NCBI RefSeq assembly: GCF_964355755.1
Contig: NC_092675.1
Location: 26,384,912-26,448,911, forward strand
Length of the DNA stretch: 64,000 nucleotides
Source: Antedon mediterranea
Lineage: Eukaryota > Animalia > Echinodermata
Direction of reading: 5' to 3'
Below the pieces are notes generated by a model, which was not told the DNA's origin, did no database searches, and saw only the letters and a list, made by a program, of their open reading frames with translations. Numbering within the stretch: the stretch's first letter is position 1; every line of letters begins with the position of its first letter. The translations under genes and the position numbers were made by a program. Shown here one piece after another: positions 62,801 to 64,000 of the stretch.

Positions 62801-63262
62801 GCCTCGCATTATGGACATGTCAATGTGGCAATACTGCTCATCCAAAAGGGCGCCACCATAGATTATGCGGCAAAGGTAAGTGTGATTTGGGTCAAACTTG
62901 TTTACGTCCCATCTTGTTATTTGCATTTGAACATTGAGTTATAATCTTTTGCATTAAAGTCTTGTTAGAAATGAAACGGTGTGGTTTGTGATGATAAGAC
63001 CAAAAAAACTAGTGATGAAGTTTTACGATTTGAAAAATCAAATTCTATATGCAATTACTCTCTCTATTATTTACTTACCATTTATGCAACAGCACAAAAT
63101 GTGACAAAATCGATTTATACACTATGGAAAAGATAGTATAATGTCATAATGTTTTATTTACAGAACAATATTACCCCCTTACACGTAGCATCAAAATGGG
63201 GGCGTGTCAACATGATAAATACCCTATTAGACCGTGGAGCGAAGATCGATGCCAAGACAAGG
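41748..63262 (+). CDS. ANK2: Ankyrin (ANK1/2/3 / unc-44 family), N-terminus and ANK repeats 1-8; join(41748..41840,42346..42447,50066..50164,54415..54513,54719..54817,61930..62115,62777..62875,63164..63262); continues beyond the window
   Basis: All junctions are GT-AG phase 0; translation contains [90 protein letters not shown] and [11 protein letters not shown]. Symbol is ANK2-like; probably co-orthologous to ANK1-3. Confidence 0.96.
42346..42447 (+). CDS. ANK2: Ankyrin exon, ANK repeat 1
   Basis: [34 protein letters not shown]; tgcag / gtaaga; 102 nt. Confidence 0.96.
42540..42830 (-). mobile_element. tRNA-derived SINE with Nin/Deu-like core
   Basis: Minus strand has a tRNA-like head (GCAGTTAAGGC...GGTTCAAGGCT) and core GCACACTTTAGGAACCCTGCACCTTTTCGGAAGAG. 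Confidence 0.6.
47356..47490 (+). CDS. Candidate internal alternative first coding exon [45 protein letters not shown]
   Basis: ATG plus 45 protein-like codons ending GAG|gtttga in phase 0; lies at the end of a CpG-containing block (~46400-47490); donor is weak. Confidence 0.45.
50066..50164 (+). CDS. ANK2: Ankyrin exon, ANK repeat 2
   Basis: [33 protein letters not shown]; tttag / gtaaag; 99 nt. Confidence 0.97.
53482..53679. mobile_element. hAT-like MITE (~200 bp)
   Basis: TIR CAGGCCTTGTCTTTT / AAAAGAAAGGCCTG; imperfect TSD CTGTAA(T)A; internal ACACTCC / GGTGTG subrepeats. Confidence 0.62.
54415..54513 (+). CDS. ANK2: Ankyrin exon, ANK repeat 3
   Basis: [33 protein letters not shown]; ttttag / gtaagc; 99 nt. 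Confidence 0.97.
54719..54817 (+). CDS. ANK2: Ankyrin exon, ANK repeat 4
   Basis: [33 protein letters not shown]; ttttag / gttagt; 99 nt. Confidence 0.97.
55419..55714. mobile_element. Older Harbinger-like MITE hosting the 55475-55612 insertion
   Basis: GCTGGATTTCCACTTTGCTTATTTATTCGC vs GCGAATATATTTGCCTAGTGGAAAACAAGC imperfect TIR; related end GCCTAGTGGAAATCACGCTTAA just upstream at ~55355-55376. Confidence 0.55.
55475..55612. mobile_element. PIF/Harbinger-like MITE, 138 bp
   Basis: TIR AGGCCGACTCGGACAGCGTCGTACGA / TCGTATGATGCTGTCTGAGTCGGCCT; TAA TSD at 55472-55474 and 55613-55615. Confidence 0.85.
58217..58351 (+). CDS. ANK2: Ankyrin alternative exon: diverged duplicate of ANK repeat 5 plus P/Q-rich tail
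   Basis: cattag acceptor ends at 58216; [45 protein letters not shown]; donor GAG|gtgaga at 58352, phase 0; paralogous to [23 protein letters not shown] at 61930. Confidence 0.82.
61930..62115 (+). CDS. ANK2: Ankyrin exon, ANK repeats 5-6
   Basis: [62 protein letters not shown]; tttcag / gtatta; 186 nt. Confidence 0.97.
62244..62403. mobile_element. PIF/Harbinger-like MITE (160 bp); partial relatives at ~3171, ~19211 and ~20455
   Basis: TIR AGCTCAGTCTACAGTATC / GATAGTGTAGACAGAGTT; TTA at 62241-62243 and 62404-62406. Confidence 0.78.
62777..62875 (+). CDS. ANK2: Ankyrin exon, ANK repeat 7
   Basis: [33 protein letters not shown]; tttcag / gtaagt; 99 nt. Confidence 0.97.
63164..63262 (+). CDS. 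ANK2: Ankyrin exon, ANK repeat 8
   Basis: [33 protein letters not shown]; ttacag / gtaaga; 99 nt. Confidence 0.97.
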
Positions 63263-64000
63263 GTAAGACAAATATTATTAATTTGAAAAATTGGAATTAA
63301 TAATACTTTGTATATTTATTTATTTTTTATTCAAAAACATTCCAACAGGAACAATGTTCCCACTTACAGGTGATGTTATATAAAAATAAAATATATATGT
63401 ACTGTATATACTCAAAAGATTTAAAACACCCACCAGCCACAAGTTAACAGGAAACATAGCAATGTACACTGTGTTTAACATACTTAAAGAATCAGAAAAC
63501 AAATCAACTTCAGGGCAATTAACAACAAAATCATTATACGAATTATGGAAGACAAACAAGAAATAAAACTATTTTTACATAAATATAAGATTATTTCTAA
63601 TTTTTTTTAATTCAGTTCTATAATGTATTTGAAATGTAGGTTGATAATGATGTAAAAAAAAAATTAATAAAATTATGCATACAGTAATTAATTATAAAGG
63701 CGTAGCTCCCAACAAAACCGATTTTAATAAATAAATTAAGCCATTGGACTTTGTAGTAAATTGGACAGGAGACAAATTAATCCAACTGCCAGATAACTGC
63801 CATAAAGATTAATGTAGTCTATTATTGTCCAAGACAAGTTGTTAATGTATTGAATTTATTTGCAAAGTATAAGAGTAAAATACAAGACAACACTTTAACT
63901 GAAAACGGAATATTTAACTGTAATATTTTGAAATATCTTTTTAAAACAAACAAAATGAAAGAGTAAACAAGATGCATAAGTCTAAAAAAGTATTTAAATA

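Overview
This is AT-rich, intron-rich animal genomic DNA, probably an invertebrate deuterostome (inference only); there is nothing prokaryotic here. Two + strand genes are visible. (1) The last three coding exons of a receptor-type protein tyrosine phosphatase (375-1076) have a D2-like degenerate active site (HCINGVGRTG) and a C-terminal Y-S-N motif. (2) The 5' part of a canonical ankyrin gene (ANK1/2/3 / unc-44 family) has an N-terminal exon plus exons for ANK repeats 1-8 (41748-63262) and continues past the window. About 38 kb upstream of it are several candidate alternative first exons, one encoding a polybasic N-terminus. Most notable observations: a duplicated, diverged ANK-repeat-5 exon surrounded by TGCATG motifs; a 4.2-kb foldback derivative of an Academ-type transposon (1.6-kb inverted arms, 3-bp TSD) interrupted by a 55-bp hAT-like element; a 5S+tRNA chimeric SINE; and frequent TACAGTA/TACTGTA 5-bp insertions that look like Tc1/mariner excision footprints. 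Introns also carry many MITEs (Kolobok-, Merlin-, MULE-, hAT- and Harbinger-like). All calls are from reading and hand-translating the sequence; no searches were run.
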